Shown: positions 39,961 to 53,735, counted from the stretch's first letter. The stretch: DNA of 64,000 nt from Octopus sinensis (GCF_006345805.1 NC_043005.1:80910001-80974000), one strand, 5' to 3'. A program made the numbers and translations. Notes: generated from the sequence alone by a model not told the origin.

Positions 39961-41849
39961 GCTCAATTCAAGGAAAGTTTGGGAAATCCACCCTACGTTG
40001 TAGTGGGGACTAAACAATGTCATATTAAGTGGTGTATACTTTCTGTTTTTAAGATGTTGGAAGATATTTTGGAAATTGTGTTTCTATTCCTAGTATCTTA
40101 AATGTTGCTAGAAATAGCAAAAGAAAAGCTCGATCATATATGAGTTGTTCTAGCCTGTCTTTACACAATTGAGCTGAATGAATATGTTAAACGCTATATA
40201 AAGAGCTCCACTTAAACATATTTGATGCACGTTGCACTTTTCATTAGCGACAGAAATTATACTCTGTATGATGTTATTGTTAACATTATCGTTATGTACA
40301 TTTTACTTGGGCATAATTTGTGTTTATCTAAGAAGGCTTCAAGTTCAGCGGAACTGGTTAACCATTCTGGTGAAGCTTCTGAAAGTAAGAAATTGAGTGT
40401 GAGCACGTATTTATTTTCATAAACGTTATTCCATACCATAGTGACATTACAGTTTAATGACAACGAACTCGATGACTCAGGTTCGGGCGTGGCTTCATGG
40501 TTTTATTTAAATACTGATGATTCAGGAAAAGAACGGAGCTGTAATGTTAAGTAAATAAATTCCAATCTAAAGCAAGTGTGATGGTCGCACAAGAAATATC
40601 GATAATGCTGAAAACCATGGAAACTAAACAACGAAATTCAGTAGAGTACGATCTACACTTATGTCAGCAGTTTCTCTTAGATATACTTAGGTATTTTATG
40701 AATGAATGAAAGTCTTCACATCGAAATCTGATTGATTCTATTGACCTTTATCTCCAAGATTACGCGACAACTAGTTTTGTAGATTTAATTAAAATAGGAA
40801 TTGAAAGACAGCGAGTAGAAGAGAACATGATTTAATACAATGTAACATCGTGAGTAATATTACAGAAAACCGAATAACTTCAATCAGATTATTCGAATGC
40901 ATTGAATTAGCTTAAAAGATTGAAACGTTTTCTAAGTTTTAGATGATTAAAAATGTACGCCTAAATAAAAGAACGACGTCGATGATACAAGTGTCTTCAT
41001 GAAGCAAGTATAAAGCTGATTGTGCAACAACAAAATATCCAGCTTTTAGTAAAATCACACCATTGTGAGAATACTAATCATTTTAAGAAGGTGTGTAACT
41101 TAAAAGAAGTATCTGAGGAAATTAAGAATAAAAAATTTTGGAGTATTTTAAAGTAACTGGCATTATAATTACTATAAGGATCCACGTGAAATTCAATAAT
41201 GGCAACGTTAAGACATAAATTGACCCCGGCAGGTTGTGAGTGATATTAGTCTTCAACGTAAAACAAACCCTGCAATTCCTTGTTATGGTTGTAATGAATG
41301 TTGATAGTTCAACATTAATTCATGAAACTGAAACCTCCAGGCAATTTGAGATATTGAGAGGTCATAATTGCTGCCTTGTTTTCAACAGAAATATTAACCC
41401 AAGCTATTTTCAGACAAATCAGTACCAATATGCATTAAAAACATTAATCATAGTGAAATCAAGAAGTTCCTCTCAGAGAAATTTAATGTGTAAAAGGCAT
41501 ACGGCGATCATAGAAAACGAGCAGACTATAAAACAGATCCAAAGAAATGAATTTGTTCAAAGCCATCGCTTACCCCAAATATTTAATCGATAAATTACTG
41601 TCTTCTGGCAAGAATTGTTTCAATAAACTGGATCCAAAAAGTGTATATTATCAGTCAAAATGGTATTGTAAAACAAGACAGTTTACTACACTGAATACCC
41701 TTGCAGATGTTTTAAGATTAATATAGCTGGCACTATCTCAGAAAAAAAAGTGAACAACCTTTTATATGATATATGGATTTTATTTTTATTACAATATTAT
41801 AAGCGGTTTCACTATAGTTGTTTTTAGTCTACATATCGATGTAGAATTA

Positions 41850-43560
41850 AAAGATGTGGTGACAAATAGAGCGAAATCTGAGTCAGAGGTTGATGAGCAT
41901 TTGAAAAGTTGTTACCGCCTTATGAGAGGAACATCATATAGTAAAGAAAATTACGAATACTAAATGGCCTAATACAGACAATTAGAAATATATCCATGAT
42001 TAATTTCTATAGAAATTTGATTAGTTATACACATAATATTTTACTTAATGCAAGATATGATGAACATTAAGACATGTTTATGAGAAGGGCATGAACAAAG
42101 ATATTTTGAGCATTTAAAACAATTTTAGGACTCTCCGTAGGTGAATTGAGTATTAGTGGTATGATGTAAGTAAACTTGGAAGCAAGCGATGTACTTTGTC
42201 CGGCATCCTGTCTCTATTTAATTCTTAATTGCGCGTTGCTTTTTTTTCGAGGTCAAAGAAACAATAGCACGCACGTATAAAACATGTAATTTAGGAATCA
42301 TGTGGTAACATTTGTTCTTTAAAGTGGTAATGATGTAATTCCGTTCTAGCGAGTAGTAGATCTCTATTCTCTTAACATGATTGCAGAGAACTATGTAAAA
42401 TCATTCACAGCATATTGTTCAGCTGTTGTGAATATTTCACTGAAAGTTATCTTCTCATTTTTCATGGATTTGAGCTCTCATAAAAGGCTTAAGTTCAGCA
42501 TTTAAATTCGGAAACACTTCCGAGAGGACATAAATATCCTCTTCAAGATATTAACCGCTGTTTAACAAAGATCTTCATTCAACAAAGTTATAGGTGATTG
42601 AAGTATTTTCTTTGGTTCATTTTAAATAACTAAAGGGATGATATATCTTCCAAGAACTTATAAAGACCTTTATTTAGTAACTGCCTTCTAATATAATGCT
42701 CTGTAATAGCGCGATCATTCTTCGGCTAAACAAATCAGTTGAGCTTGGAGAATCCCTCTTTCATGTCTATTAACAATTAACAAAGCACCTGCAATAAGCT
42801 TCTCACAAAACTTCAGCTGCTGATCGTCACATTCACCTGCATTAAAGAGGATTTCTGCGTTTACTTAAGGTTCTTCGAAATGCATTGAATGCGAAACAGT
42901 GATGGGTGGTTTTAAATTTCTCGGATGCTATAAATTCCTTTTCAGAGATGTAAAGTGGCATCTATAAGAGCGGTGTCATTCATGTACAAAATATCTCTCA
43001 ATTATCCTTACAAAATCCCATTATTGTACTGCTGACAACAGAGAGGAATATCAATATTGCTATTAACAAAAGCTGCTTTCCTTAGGAAATAAGTTAAATT
43101 GTCTTCAAGTGAGTGATTTTCTTTCAAATAAGAGACAAGTGGATTCATCATATATTTTAAGAGACCTAAAAGCACTCACATGAAATATCATTGCTTCAAC
43201 AGAATTTGATCAATACATTGAACCTCACGAATGACTAGCAAAACCGTTCGAATTTACAGTGTAACCAATACCTACTTCACATTCATTGAATGCGTTTGAG
43301 GAGCCAATTTTGAAACGGAAGAGGACCGGAAGTGGTTCATTATATGATACAACTGAATGCACAGCATCTAATTCGGCGTAACAGATTTCGTGTGTCCTTT
43401 TTTTTAACGGAAGCTACTAAATGCAGAAAAAGCTCTCTGAAAGCTAAGTTTTGGCTCCCTCTAATGTATTAGCAATACAAAAATTATTTAGCGCTTTATT
43501 TTCATTAAACGGTCACGCAAGGAATTTTAACACGCTATAAAAACTTGATGAGTCGCTCAT
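41850..43560 (-). mobile_element. Heavily decayed hAT transposase (ZMYM1/Tip100-like)
   Basis: Ordered motif remnants across frames: GSQNLAFRE (cf. QNLAFRG), IDIPLCCQQYNNG (cf. CRGQSYDNG), LQSPITL...AVNIL, FSEIFTTAEQYA, DIF...IFFTI...NFS (cf. dimerisation domain). Confidence 0.5.
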
Positions 43561-43814
43561 GGATTTCCCTTGGCTTCTATCTAACCGGGAAAATAAGGTT
43601 GTATCCTTTTCTAATAATTATTTTAATCGGGTACCATATATACACTATATACACACACATACACACACATAAACACGCACACACAAATACGCACATAAAC
43701 ACGTACACACAAACACGCACATAAACACGCACACACGAACACGCACACACACATATATATCAGTGAGAATAAGTGCCTAAGACTACATTCACAGATAAAT
43801 ATTCTTATTTCTAG

Positions 43815-43943
43815 GTAAACAATGCTACCAATTGTTTCGTGTGAGGAGAGATATCTTTAAAAGTTTCAAGAGTAACACATGGGAAATTTGGTGCTCCATA
43901 TATATGTATACAATTATATACACCATCCAAAAGACATTTTCTG
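43815..43943 (+). CDS. Candidate internal host exon, 129 nt, phase 1-1, product unknown
   Basis: Acceptor attcttatttctag|G and donor CTG|GTAAGT. One frame is open throughout: (G)KQCYQLFRVRRDIFKSFKSNTWEIWCSIYMYTIIYTIQKTFS. No partner exons were confirmed. Confidence 0.3.
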
Positions 43944-44362
43944 GTAAGTTGCTGCCTTACAATTTTAAGAACTGAGACATACCTACAATTTGTAAATTAC
44001 AAGCCATATGTATACCTTCCGTAATATAATTTTGTAACTGATCCCAAATATCGCAAATGGGAGAATGTCATTTGTTAATAATTATTGAAGGTAGAGACAT
44101 GAATACACATGGGCAGATAATTGTTTCTGATACAGCTGATAAGTGGAATTTCCACAAGGGAAGAGCATGAAAGAGGCAAATGAATTGGTTTGCTAAGAGA
44201 TGCATAGATGTTTATTCACCAGAATAACACTTCTACCATTCTCTGTAGAGGACGAGGTCTTAATACCAAAATACACTTAATCTAACTTTTTAGACAAATA
44301 TATGTTCATAATACAAACATTACACACATCCACCTGCCATATATATATACATGCATACGTGT

Positions 44363-44404
<42 letters not shown>

Positions 44405-45287
44405 ATGTGTGTGCATGTATGTCGTGTGTATGTGTTTTTTGAGTGTATATAATGTTTGTATGTATGTGTGAGTATGTATGTATATTTTTGTATGTATATG
44501 TATGTGTGTGCTTGCATATGTCGTTATATATGTGTATGCGTGTATGTATATGGAAATATTGAAAGAAAACAATCACAATGATATACTGTTTTTACAGTTT
44601 ATATTTATATTTTTTTATTTTATATTTTTCTCTATATTTTTCTTCCATTTTCATTTTCTGTTCTATACACTTTGCTAATCACATACAACAACAACAACAA
44701 CAACCAAAATGTTATATATATATATATATTATATATATATATATATTATATATGTATGAATGTAGGTATGTATGTATGTATAGTTTACTTCACAAATAAG
44801 TAATTATTTTATGTTTAGTGAAAATGAAATTTTCTTTCTATTTTGTTTTTCTTTTTGTTGGATATCGCCGATTTTAATTATCAATATTGTCAAGTAATCA
44901 CTATGGCAACGATAGCTTGTACAAACAAATCAAATATAGAAATATAAAATTTATATAAATATTATTAGGCTGATATCAAAGAAATATATATTTAAAAGAA
45001 TTTATCATGGGACATATCATTTATTATGAATTTATCTTGCTATCTCAACAGACAATATTATTATTTTTAATAGAAAACGATTTTAATGAGCGACCCGATG
45101 GAGATATCTTTTATGAAGAGTGATGTCACATACGCTTCATTTTTAATTGTACATACAGATATATTAGACACGAGCCTACCTATATATCTATCTATGTATG
45201 TATCTATCTGCCTGTCTCTGTCTGTCTATCTATTTATCTATGTATCTTTCATCAAACATACACCAAACCCATAAACATTAAGATATA

Positions 45288-45690
45288 GGCGTAGGAGTGG
45301 CTTTGTGGTAAGTAGCTTATTTACGAACCACAGGGTTCCGGATTCAGTCCCACTGCGTGGCACCTTGGGCAAATGTCTTCTTCTTTAGCTTCGGCCCGAC
45401 CAAAGCCTTGTGAGTGGATTTGGTAGACGGAAACTGAAAGAAGCCTGACCTATATAAGTATATATATGTGTGTGTATGTGTGTATATGTTTGTGTCTCTG
45501 TGTTTGTCCCCCAACATCGCTTGACAACCGATGTTGGTGTGTTTACGTCCCTGTAACATAGCGGTTCGGCAAAAGATACCGATAGAATAAGTACTAGGCT
45601 TACAAAGAATAAGTCCTGGGGTCGATTTGCTCGACTAAAGGCGGTGCTTCAGCATGACCACAGTCAAATGACTGAAACAAGTAAAAGAGT
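45288..45690 (+). mobile_element. SINE family B, full length
   Basis: Close match to 29758-30160. Confidence 0.92.
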
Positions 45691-46143
45691 ATATACATAT
45701 GTGTTGTATCTTGTAGAACACTCGACTGTCTCGATTCAAATCATTAATATCGCTTTCTCCTTTCATAATGAATGCCATTCCTCCTGAGATTGTCGGAATC
45801 ATTTTGACTCTTCATGTGCTTTACACTTGTTTCGCCGATATCTATGCAGGAAACACCTGAGAAAGGGTATGATTACAATTGTGCATTAGATATTCATTTT
45901 TTATTCAATAAGTTCATGCTGTAAGCTCACAACGTTGGCTTTTCTCTCACTGGTGCTTGTAATGTCCACGATAAAACATTATCTGATGTCTTTTTCTTTC
46001 AAGGATTCTAGATTTGCGCCAAGGAGAGTTAATCCATATCTTCCGCAGGAACAGAATGATTGACACTGATACAGCTGCCATGTATATAAAATGACTCGGA
46101 GAAGTAAACTCTTCCAAACCTTACAGAGAATAAGAATAACATG

Positions 46144-46229
<86 letters not shown>

Positions 46230-46558
46230 CTCTCTCCGTCTCTCACATTTCCTCATAGAAAATGCAATGATGACTCTGTGCATGCTTATTAAGTTGTTCA
46301 GTCAACTGTATAACGACGAAACCTTTACCATTAACGTAATTCTTATGTGTAAACAGCTGGACACTGCTTAACAAAGCTTCTATACCGTTTAAGTGTTCAA
46401 AATGTCATCTTGCGAGTTAAACAGAGCCGAATCTAAGCTACAACCACCCCCACAAAAAAAAAAAATGATAATTGCAAAGCTGCTCCAGGTGCCAGATATG
46501 CAGAAAGGAAGACGGTGTGATTATATGCTTGGAAAACAATTACACACACTTACATACA

Positions 46559-46592
<34 letters not shown>

Positions 46593-46689
46593 CATACATA
46601 CATACATACATACATACATACATACATGCATGCATGCATACATACATACATACATACATACATACATACAAACATATATACCTACATAC

Positions 46690-46926
46690 AAGCATGTATA
46701 CTTGCATGAAAAACTGCTTCGAAGCCTCCGGCTTCTATATCCAGTCTATGAATTCATATTCATACCATTTGCAGCATTAGGTTTTGTTAGTAAATGCTTA
46801 AATGAGAATCTGGATAAACTTGGATTTTCAGAAAGAGAAACTGACCGGCTGATTCGTACAATACAAGTGCAATCTGTGAATGGACCAGTAAAACTATGCA
46901 ATAATTTTCTCAAGTCTCACATATGA
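46690..46926 (+). mobile_element. 3' end of an REL-type non-LTR retrotransposon
   Basis: KLLRSLRLLYPVYEFIFIPFAALGFVSKCLNENLDKLGFS...LIRTIQVQSVNGPVKLCNNFLK*. Confidence 0.65.
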
Positions 46927-47469
46927 ATTTGTCTGTGTTAACTCCATCGCAATGATGGAGCCTTGTATCTTTGTTGCAAACTGGCTCCCTCCTCGGTGGA
47001 AAACTAATAATAATTTTTAAAAAATAGAAGCGACATACATGCATACATACATACATAAATATGTACATATATACTTGCACATATAAATATGTACATACAC
47101 ACACATACTGAGACATGAATATATATATGTATATACAAATATATATATGTATACATATATATATATATATATGTATATATAGGTGTATATATATATATAT
47201 ATATATGCATATATATGTATGTCTCAGTAAAAGTGTGCGCGTGTGTTTATATTTATGTATATATGTAAGTATGTATGTACGTATTTATGTATATATATAT
47301 CTATATCTATATCTATATCTATCTATATATATATATATATACTCACCATTTCCGCTCACAGAAACACATGCTCATATGCATCCATAGAGATATACATACA
47401 TACATGTATGCATGCTTGATACATATATATGTATGTGTGTGTTAATGCTTGTTTTTATATGTAATTATA

Positions 47470-48110
47470 AAACAATGTCATATTAAACTGAACAGGTGCC
47501 TCTATACAAACTTTATTCTTAAACCAGGTTATTGTGGACAGTGTCTTCGAAATTTCGACAAGCTAAGTGCTACTGGTAACATGGAATCCAGTACAACCTT
47601 TTGCATAGTCTTATTGCCGGCGACTAAACTGGCACCCCACCAGGCTACCCTCGCGAGGAGGGCTACTAGAAACCCAGCTGGATCAAAAAACAAGACCTGT
47701 TGAAAGGTCGGATGAACCTAATGCAGACTCAACGGTTATGTAGCAATAGCACGGGTACACAGAAATTCCGGGATGGTGTCCAGCGTGCTGAAAGACCAAT
47801 GGGAGTGAGACACGCCTCAGCTTCTGTTGAATCATGTCTCTAGGAAAAGGCCACTCTGATATAAAAGCAGATATGCAGGGAATGGCATTGGACATTTTGG
47901 GGATCTTTGGTTTGTACAAGAGATCATGGCGCTCTCACATTCCTGAGCCTGCGAATTCATATTAGCACCAGATATCTTGCTCCGGCTTGTCTCTGGATAA
48001 CGTCAATGAAGTGGAGAGGGTCTATGAGATTTTGTGCGAGCCTTATTGGACATAAAACTCTGTACAGGCATTGCTGACCTCATTGCTGACAAAAAAACAA
48101 ACGTCATGAT
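47470..48110 (-). mobile_element. Probable LINE (L1/Tx1-like) 3' end
   Basis: GC-richer block ending on the minus strand in aataaagtttg. The family is from recall only. Confidence 0.4.
47606..47675 (-). ncRNA. Candidate HDV-like ribozyme, degenerate
   Basis: GGGTTTC tagtag CCC TCCTCGCG AGG GTAGCCT GG [P4-like] C aata agacta. The element order is P1, P2, P3, L3, P3, P1, GG, P4, C, P2, with several mismatches. Confidence 0.35.
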
Positions 48111-48552
48111 AGCGTGACATTTTTCTTCAAAAGTACACCTCTTACATTTTTTCCTGATCGCTGTATGTACTTAGCTCTCTCTATTTATTTATAGTTGAAC
48201 AAATTTTAACGATACAAGCGAAAGCACTAAAAACAAATCACTGTCGTCTTTGTTTTACGTGTGTAATGGTTTTTCCCTCATTAGTCACATGATCAGCTAG
48301 AAAAAAAAGAAAGAGGTTGAAAGACAAAATGATGGAGGGGGAGGGACAAAATGGGAAAACTATTCATTTGGTTGACTTTTATTGTAGCCATCGTGTCAGT
48401 ATTTTACTATTACTCCTCTACTAAAATTGCAACACAATCACATTTGGAGAAAACACAAAGAGGTCATAAAAAGGAGAAAGAAAAGAACACACATGATCTC
48501 AGTAGAATTAAATACAACAATATGTATGTACGTATATATATACATATATATG

Positions 48553-48601
<49 letters not shown>

Positions 48602-48765
48602 GTGTATATATATATGTATATATGTGTGTATATATATGTATATATATATATATACACATATATATAATATATATATATGTGTGTGTGCGTGTATTGTGTT
48701 TCTATATCAATATGTGTGTGTGTTTGTGTGTGTGTTTAAATATAGATATGTACATACACATATAC

Positions 48766-48830
<65 letters not shown>

Positions 48831-49475
48831 CGAGCATTTGTGCGCGTGCGCCTGCGTGTGTCTGTGTTTTGTAGCAAAGTGTTTCTAAGAATATAATACC
48901 ATTATTATCATGGAAATAAGAACGTACGCCATCAAATTACAATTGACTCAATTTCTATTCAAGATACAAGATTGCCAACGACTAAAACATAAATAAATAA
49001 ATAAATAAAAAAATAAGTAAATATTTTAAATAAATAAATAAAAAGGTCTAATGACCAATGAGCCAAAGTAGAGAGAAAGATTAGAAGAATGGTGGTGATT
49101 CTTTTTATGTTAGGACATCTCATATATATTGTTTTATTTACACTATTATCCAAAATGCCATTTGCAATTTATTCCTTCTGTCCCCGAATAACGAAGAGGG
49201 CGCAGTTATAACCAACGACACAAGTCTTAGAGTCAGTATAATAATGTGTGATTATGATGGGCAACAACGCGCAGTATAAGGAGAGCTACACTGTATTTAA
49301 TGCTAAAGCTACTAGAAAAATTACTTCAGAATCACCAATTTAAAACTTATTTTGTAATTAAATCGTTTAGCATTCAGTATTGTATTTCAGTATACGTCAT
49401 GTATTTCAGTAATGACACAGCAGTGCAATGACTCCATCGTTGTAAGTTCAAAACTGGACACGTTTAATATTTTGT

Positions 49476-49880
49476 TATTTCTTTATTGCCCACAAGGGGC
49501 TAAACATAGAGGGGACAAACAAGGACAGGCAAAGGGATTAAGTCGATTACATCGACCCCAGTGCGTAACTGGTACTTATTTAATTGACCCCGAAAGGATG
49601 AAAGTAAAATCGACCTCGGCCGAATTTGAACTCAGAACGTAGCGGCAGATGAAATACCTATTTCTTTACTACCCACAAGGGCTAAACACAGAGAGGACAA
49701 ACAAGGACAGTCAAAAGAATTAAGTCGATTATATCGACTCCAGTGCGTAACTGGTACTTAATTTATCGACCACAAAAGGATAAAAAGCTAAGTCGACCCC
49801 GGCGGAATTTGATCTTTCGGCAGACGAAATACCGCTACGCATTTCGCAAGGCGTTCTAACGATTCTGCCAGCTCGCCGCC
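49476..49880 (-). mobile_element. Dimeric family A SINE
   Basis: Two bodies joined at gatgaaatac|ctatttctttactaccc (49657/49658). Confidence 0.9.
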
Positions 49881-50089
49881 TTAGATTAACACACTTAATA
49901 TTTTGTGCCTGGAAAATATCGTCATCATTCGTGGATTATTCGATCGGTGTGTTATTAAACTTATTCACTACAAACATAATGGTCGTTAATTCAAATTTTT
50001 ACTATTCCTGAATTTCTTTACTTCAGTTTACATAACAAATCGGGTCGTATACTGAAGGCTTAGTACAGTTTATGTCTTAATCCGAATAC

Positions 50090-50485
50090 TCTTTTACTTG
50101 TTCCAGTCATTTGACTGCGGCCATGAGGGAGTACCGCCTTTCGTCGAGCAAATTGACCACAGGACTTATTCTTTATGAGCCTAGTACTTATTCTATCGGT
50201 CACTAAGGTCGAACCGTTAAGTTATGGTGACGTAAACACACAAGCACTGGTTGTCAAATGATGTTGGGTGGACAAACTCAGACACACAAACATGTATACA
50301 TATATACATATATATATACATATATATGACGGCTTCTTACAGTTTCCGTCTACCAAATGCACTAACAAGGCTTCGATCGTTCCGAGGCTATAGTAGAAGA
50401 CATTTCCCTAATATGCCACGCAGTGGGACTGAACCCAGAACCATGTGGTTGGTAAGCAAGCTACTTACCACACAGCCACTCCTGC
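50090..50485 (-). mobile_element. SINE family B, full length
   Basis: Homology to family B. Confidence 0.88.
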
Positions 50486-50999
50486 GCATCAATAGAGAGA
50501 GAGAAGATGGGAAGATTCATCTCCAAATCGAATATCTAGCCTAAATAAGTGCAACACAGCGTACGACGACTGAGACCTCTAAAGACTTGATAAAGAGGAT
50601 ACATCAAGCAACGGTTAAGTATGTCATTCAATTAAGCCACGGTGGAATTTGTCCAAAAATTTAAAAGACACGTAAAAAGATGAAGCAAAGCACTACAACA
50701 ATTGCTCGAACGATATAACATGTCTACTACACTAGTTTATTTATATAGATACCTACTGGTAATTCTTTTCATCAATTCTGGAAGGATAAACGATAAACGT
50801 TATTTCGGTTGTTGTTTTTAAAAGCTTGGAATACAAAGAACTTGTTCAGTTACCTAAATGTATTTTGTCTAACTCTCCACCTACTTTGGCAAGGTATTTC
50901 AGGTATACAAGATGGTCCATATATACATTGATTAGAGATTCCAGTCTTCTTCTCTTACTTATTCGTTTACTTGTCTCAATCACTAGAGTGCTGTCATAC

Positions 51000-51310
51000 T
51001 GGGGCACCGCCTCGAAGAAATTTAGTTGAACGAATTGACACCTGTACTTATTTTTTTTAAACTTCTTACTTATTCTCTCGGTTTCTTTCGCCGAGACGCT
51101 AAGTTACGGGGACGTAAGCACACTAACAACGGTTGTCACGTCGTGGCGGGGGACACACATACATACAAAAACGAAGGGCAACTTTCAGTTTCTCTCTATC
51201 AATTCGACCCACAAGGCTTTGGTGGGCCCGAGACGTTTGGACCAAGGTGCCCATCAGTGGCACTGAATCCGCAACCATGTGGTTGTGAAGCAAACTTCTT
51301 GGCACATATC
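51000..51310 (-). mobile_element. SINE family B, diverged
   Basis: Homology to family B. Confidence 0.7.
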
Positions 51311-52151
51311 TTACACTTGTTGAATATTTGTAAATAAATTTCCCAGTCTGAAGACAACATAAGGATAGAGATATTTCCTCTTCCTCTCACCTGTCTGAGA
51401 AACCATGGAGTTTTTCTCCAACCCCGTCTAATTCAGAAAAAAAAAAGCTCTTTATGGTAGGTGAAAATATATTTACATAAACAAATAAAGCATTAATATG
51501 GATTTACTAAATACATTTTGCACATCACATAGAGTAAGTAATTGAATGCATTTTACTACATATTACAGCGACTAAGACCTGAAAAGAATCGGTTGCTATA
51601 TAAATATATTAAATATATTTCATTTACCTCTAATTTTTGTATGATTTTGTATGGCTATATATTTCTGCTTATATTACATACCATTCATCATGTATCGGGT
51701 TTTATGCTTTGACTAACACGTATACTATCCAGCATATATACATTATCACCTACAAAAGAAAATTATGAAAAAAAAAAATTGGTTGATAGAGAAATATATA
51801 TGAATTATTTATTGCGTTGTTTAGTGATCGTTAATAAAATATTTTGACTTCCTAACAACTACAGGTCCTCCTGAGAGTCCAGAAAGACAAAATATTAAAC
51901 AAGCCATTGAGATAAAAGCGAAAATGCTTAATGTTTTGTAAGCTGGATGTACTGAAAGGATGGTGGTTTATTTTTGATAGTGGTGAAGTTTAACTTGCTC
52001 AGTTCAAGTGTGATGATTGGAATTAGATTAAACGATTTTCAAGTGCGTTGCAAATTTTTCTTGTAGATGTTTCGGATCGACGTGTGTGAAACCACACAAA
52101 CACACACACACATACAAACATGTGATTATATATATTTATGTGTATATATAT

Positions 52152-52497
52152 ACTATTGAAACTTACGTACCATGTACAGGAAACTTTTTTAACACTTCTA
52201 TCCACCACTTTCCTCGAATATTGGAGCTGCAACGACAATATCTTTACATATTGTATATTTTTATTTCTACTTTCATTCTCTTATTTCCCTCTATATTCCC
52301 TATCTCATCCTTCTCCATAATAATTCCTTATTTCGACCTCAAATATCTACCTCTGTTTAACCATCTCGCATCATCTCTGATGAAGGGACATCCATAATAT
52401 CCCAGAAACAGCTGTAAAAATATATCTATAACTTTTTCCTTATAAACGTCCTGAAAACTCCTCACAGCCTTGGCTTTGTTATCTCATTTCGTCCAAC
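52152..52497 (+). mobile_element. Penelope-like pLTR with hammerhead (core 52377-52416), ending at (TA)n
   Basis: CTGATGA agggac...atatccca GAAACAGCTGTA. Homologous to 1767-2100. Confidence 0.75.
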
Positions 52498-52519
52498 ATA
52501 CATGTATTTATATGTATGC

Positions 52520-52597
<78 letters not shown>

Positions 52598-52600
<3 letters not shown>

Positions 52601-52729
52601 TAGTTGAATGAATTATCTTAGTATGGATAATTCGGTTAACCGATACCTGGGTAGCAAATTCACGTCAGAAAAACACTAAGAAAAACACTAAAAACAATAA
52701 GAATCGTCGTTCAACTCCATTCTTTCATT

Positions 52730-52730
<1 letters not shown>
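52598..52730. mobile_element. 133-bp mini-element made of the two termini of the 53760-55106 family
   Basis: The left 80 bp is a reverse-complement match to 55027-55106 and the right 30 bp matches 54926-54956. (TA)n lies on both sides. Confidence 0.7.
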
Positions 52731-52777
<47 letters not shown>

Positions 52778-52904
52778 AAGTATGGGGGTTTAGTTCAAAG
52801 ATGATCTAAACGACTAGGTATGGTAACGGATTACTAGTGCTCCAAGGTTATCACCGAGACAGTGGTTATGAAGCCATTTCAAATTTCCGATGCAGCGGAT
52901 ATAT

Positions 52905-53618
52905 AATTGTTAAAGAGGACAACAAACATTAAGGGAAAGCAAACATCTCAAGTCGTATACAATATTAAGACTGGAAAATATTTAAAGTTTTACAGCTGTT
53001 TCTTGGATATCTCCGAGTATGGGATATTCCGTCATCAGAGACAAATAGGGAAAATGAGAATGGTATATATTAATAAGATGACGGCATAGAGGTAGGGAGT
53101 AAAAGAATAAGGAAATGGAAAGAAAGAAGAAAAAAGCATTAGAATTTCATACTTCAACTTCCGAAGTTATTGAAGCAAAAGCATAAATCCTTAGCTGCAA
53201 TCCAGCGTAGATCCATGAGCGTAACTCTTTAGATGCAACCCTGCGTGGATCTATGTGGATTAAAATCCTTATATAGTAGGCATTCAAAGAAAAAAGACGC
53301 GAAAATATCAACGTCCAATAACAGAATGGTAGCGGAGGTGGCTATTAGGTGGTAAACGGAAGGAAAAGGAAAGGAATAGAGAGGAAGATAGAGTGAGGTG
53401 GGGATTTAAGGATTGGCTATAGGATAAGGTAAGGTGTATAGGTAGGTGCATGGTGTCTAAGAATTGTGTACCTTTCCCTATTTGTCTATGATAACGAATA
53501 TCATATGCTCGGGATATCCCAGAAACAGCAGTAAGACTGAATTATTTTTCAATAATAATATTGTATAAGACTTGAGATATTTGCCTTGCATTAATGCCTG
53601 TTGTCCTCTTTAACAATT
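52905..53618. mobile_element. Penelope-like element with diverged inverted pLTRs (hammerheads 52987-53042 minus, 53484-53537 plus)
   Basis: aattgttaaagaggacaaca at 52905 versus tgttgtcctctttaacaatt ending at 53618. The arms are about 150 bp. Confidence 0.75.
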
Positions 53619-53653
53619 ACACACACACGCACGCACACGCATACACACACACA

Positions 53654-53735
<82 letters not shown>

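Noticed and set aside
48351-48523. [23 protein letters not shown]..., resembling a signal anchor, with a GTATGT donor
   Set aside because: The short frame runs into a microsatellite, the donor is part of that repeat, and there is no homology or downstream exon. Chance is likely.
3179-48896. Many 60-180 aa ORFs rich in YI, HT, CV, poly-H/D/N/I (e.g. 23109-23414, 33955-35347, 38187-38685, 18689-19249)
   Set aside because: They are translations of stop-free microsatellites with no domain content.
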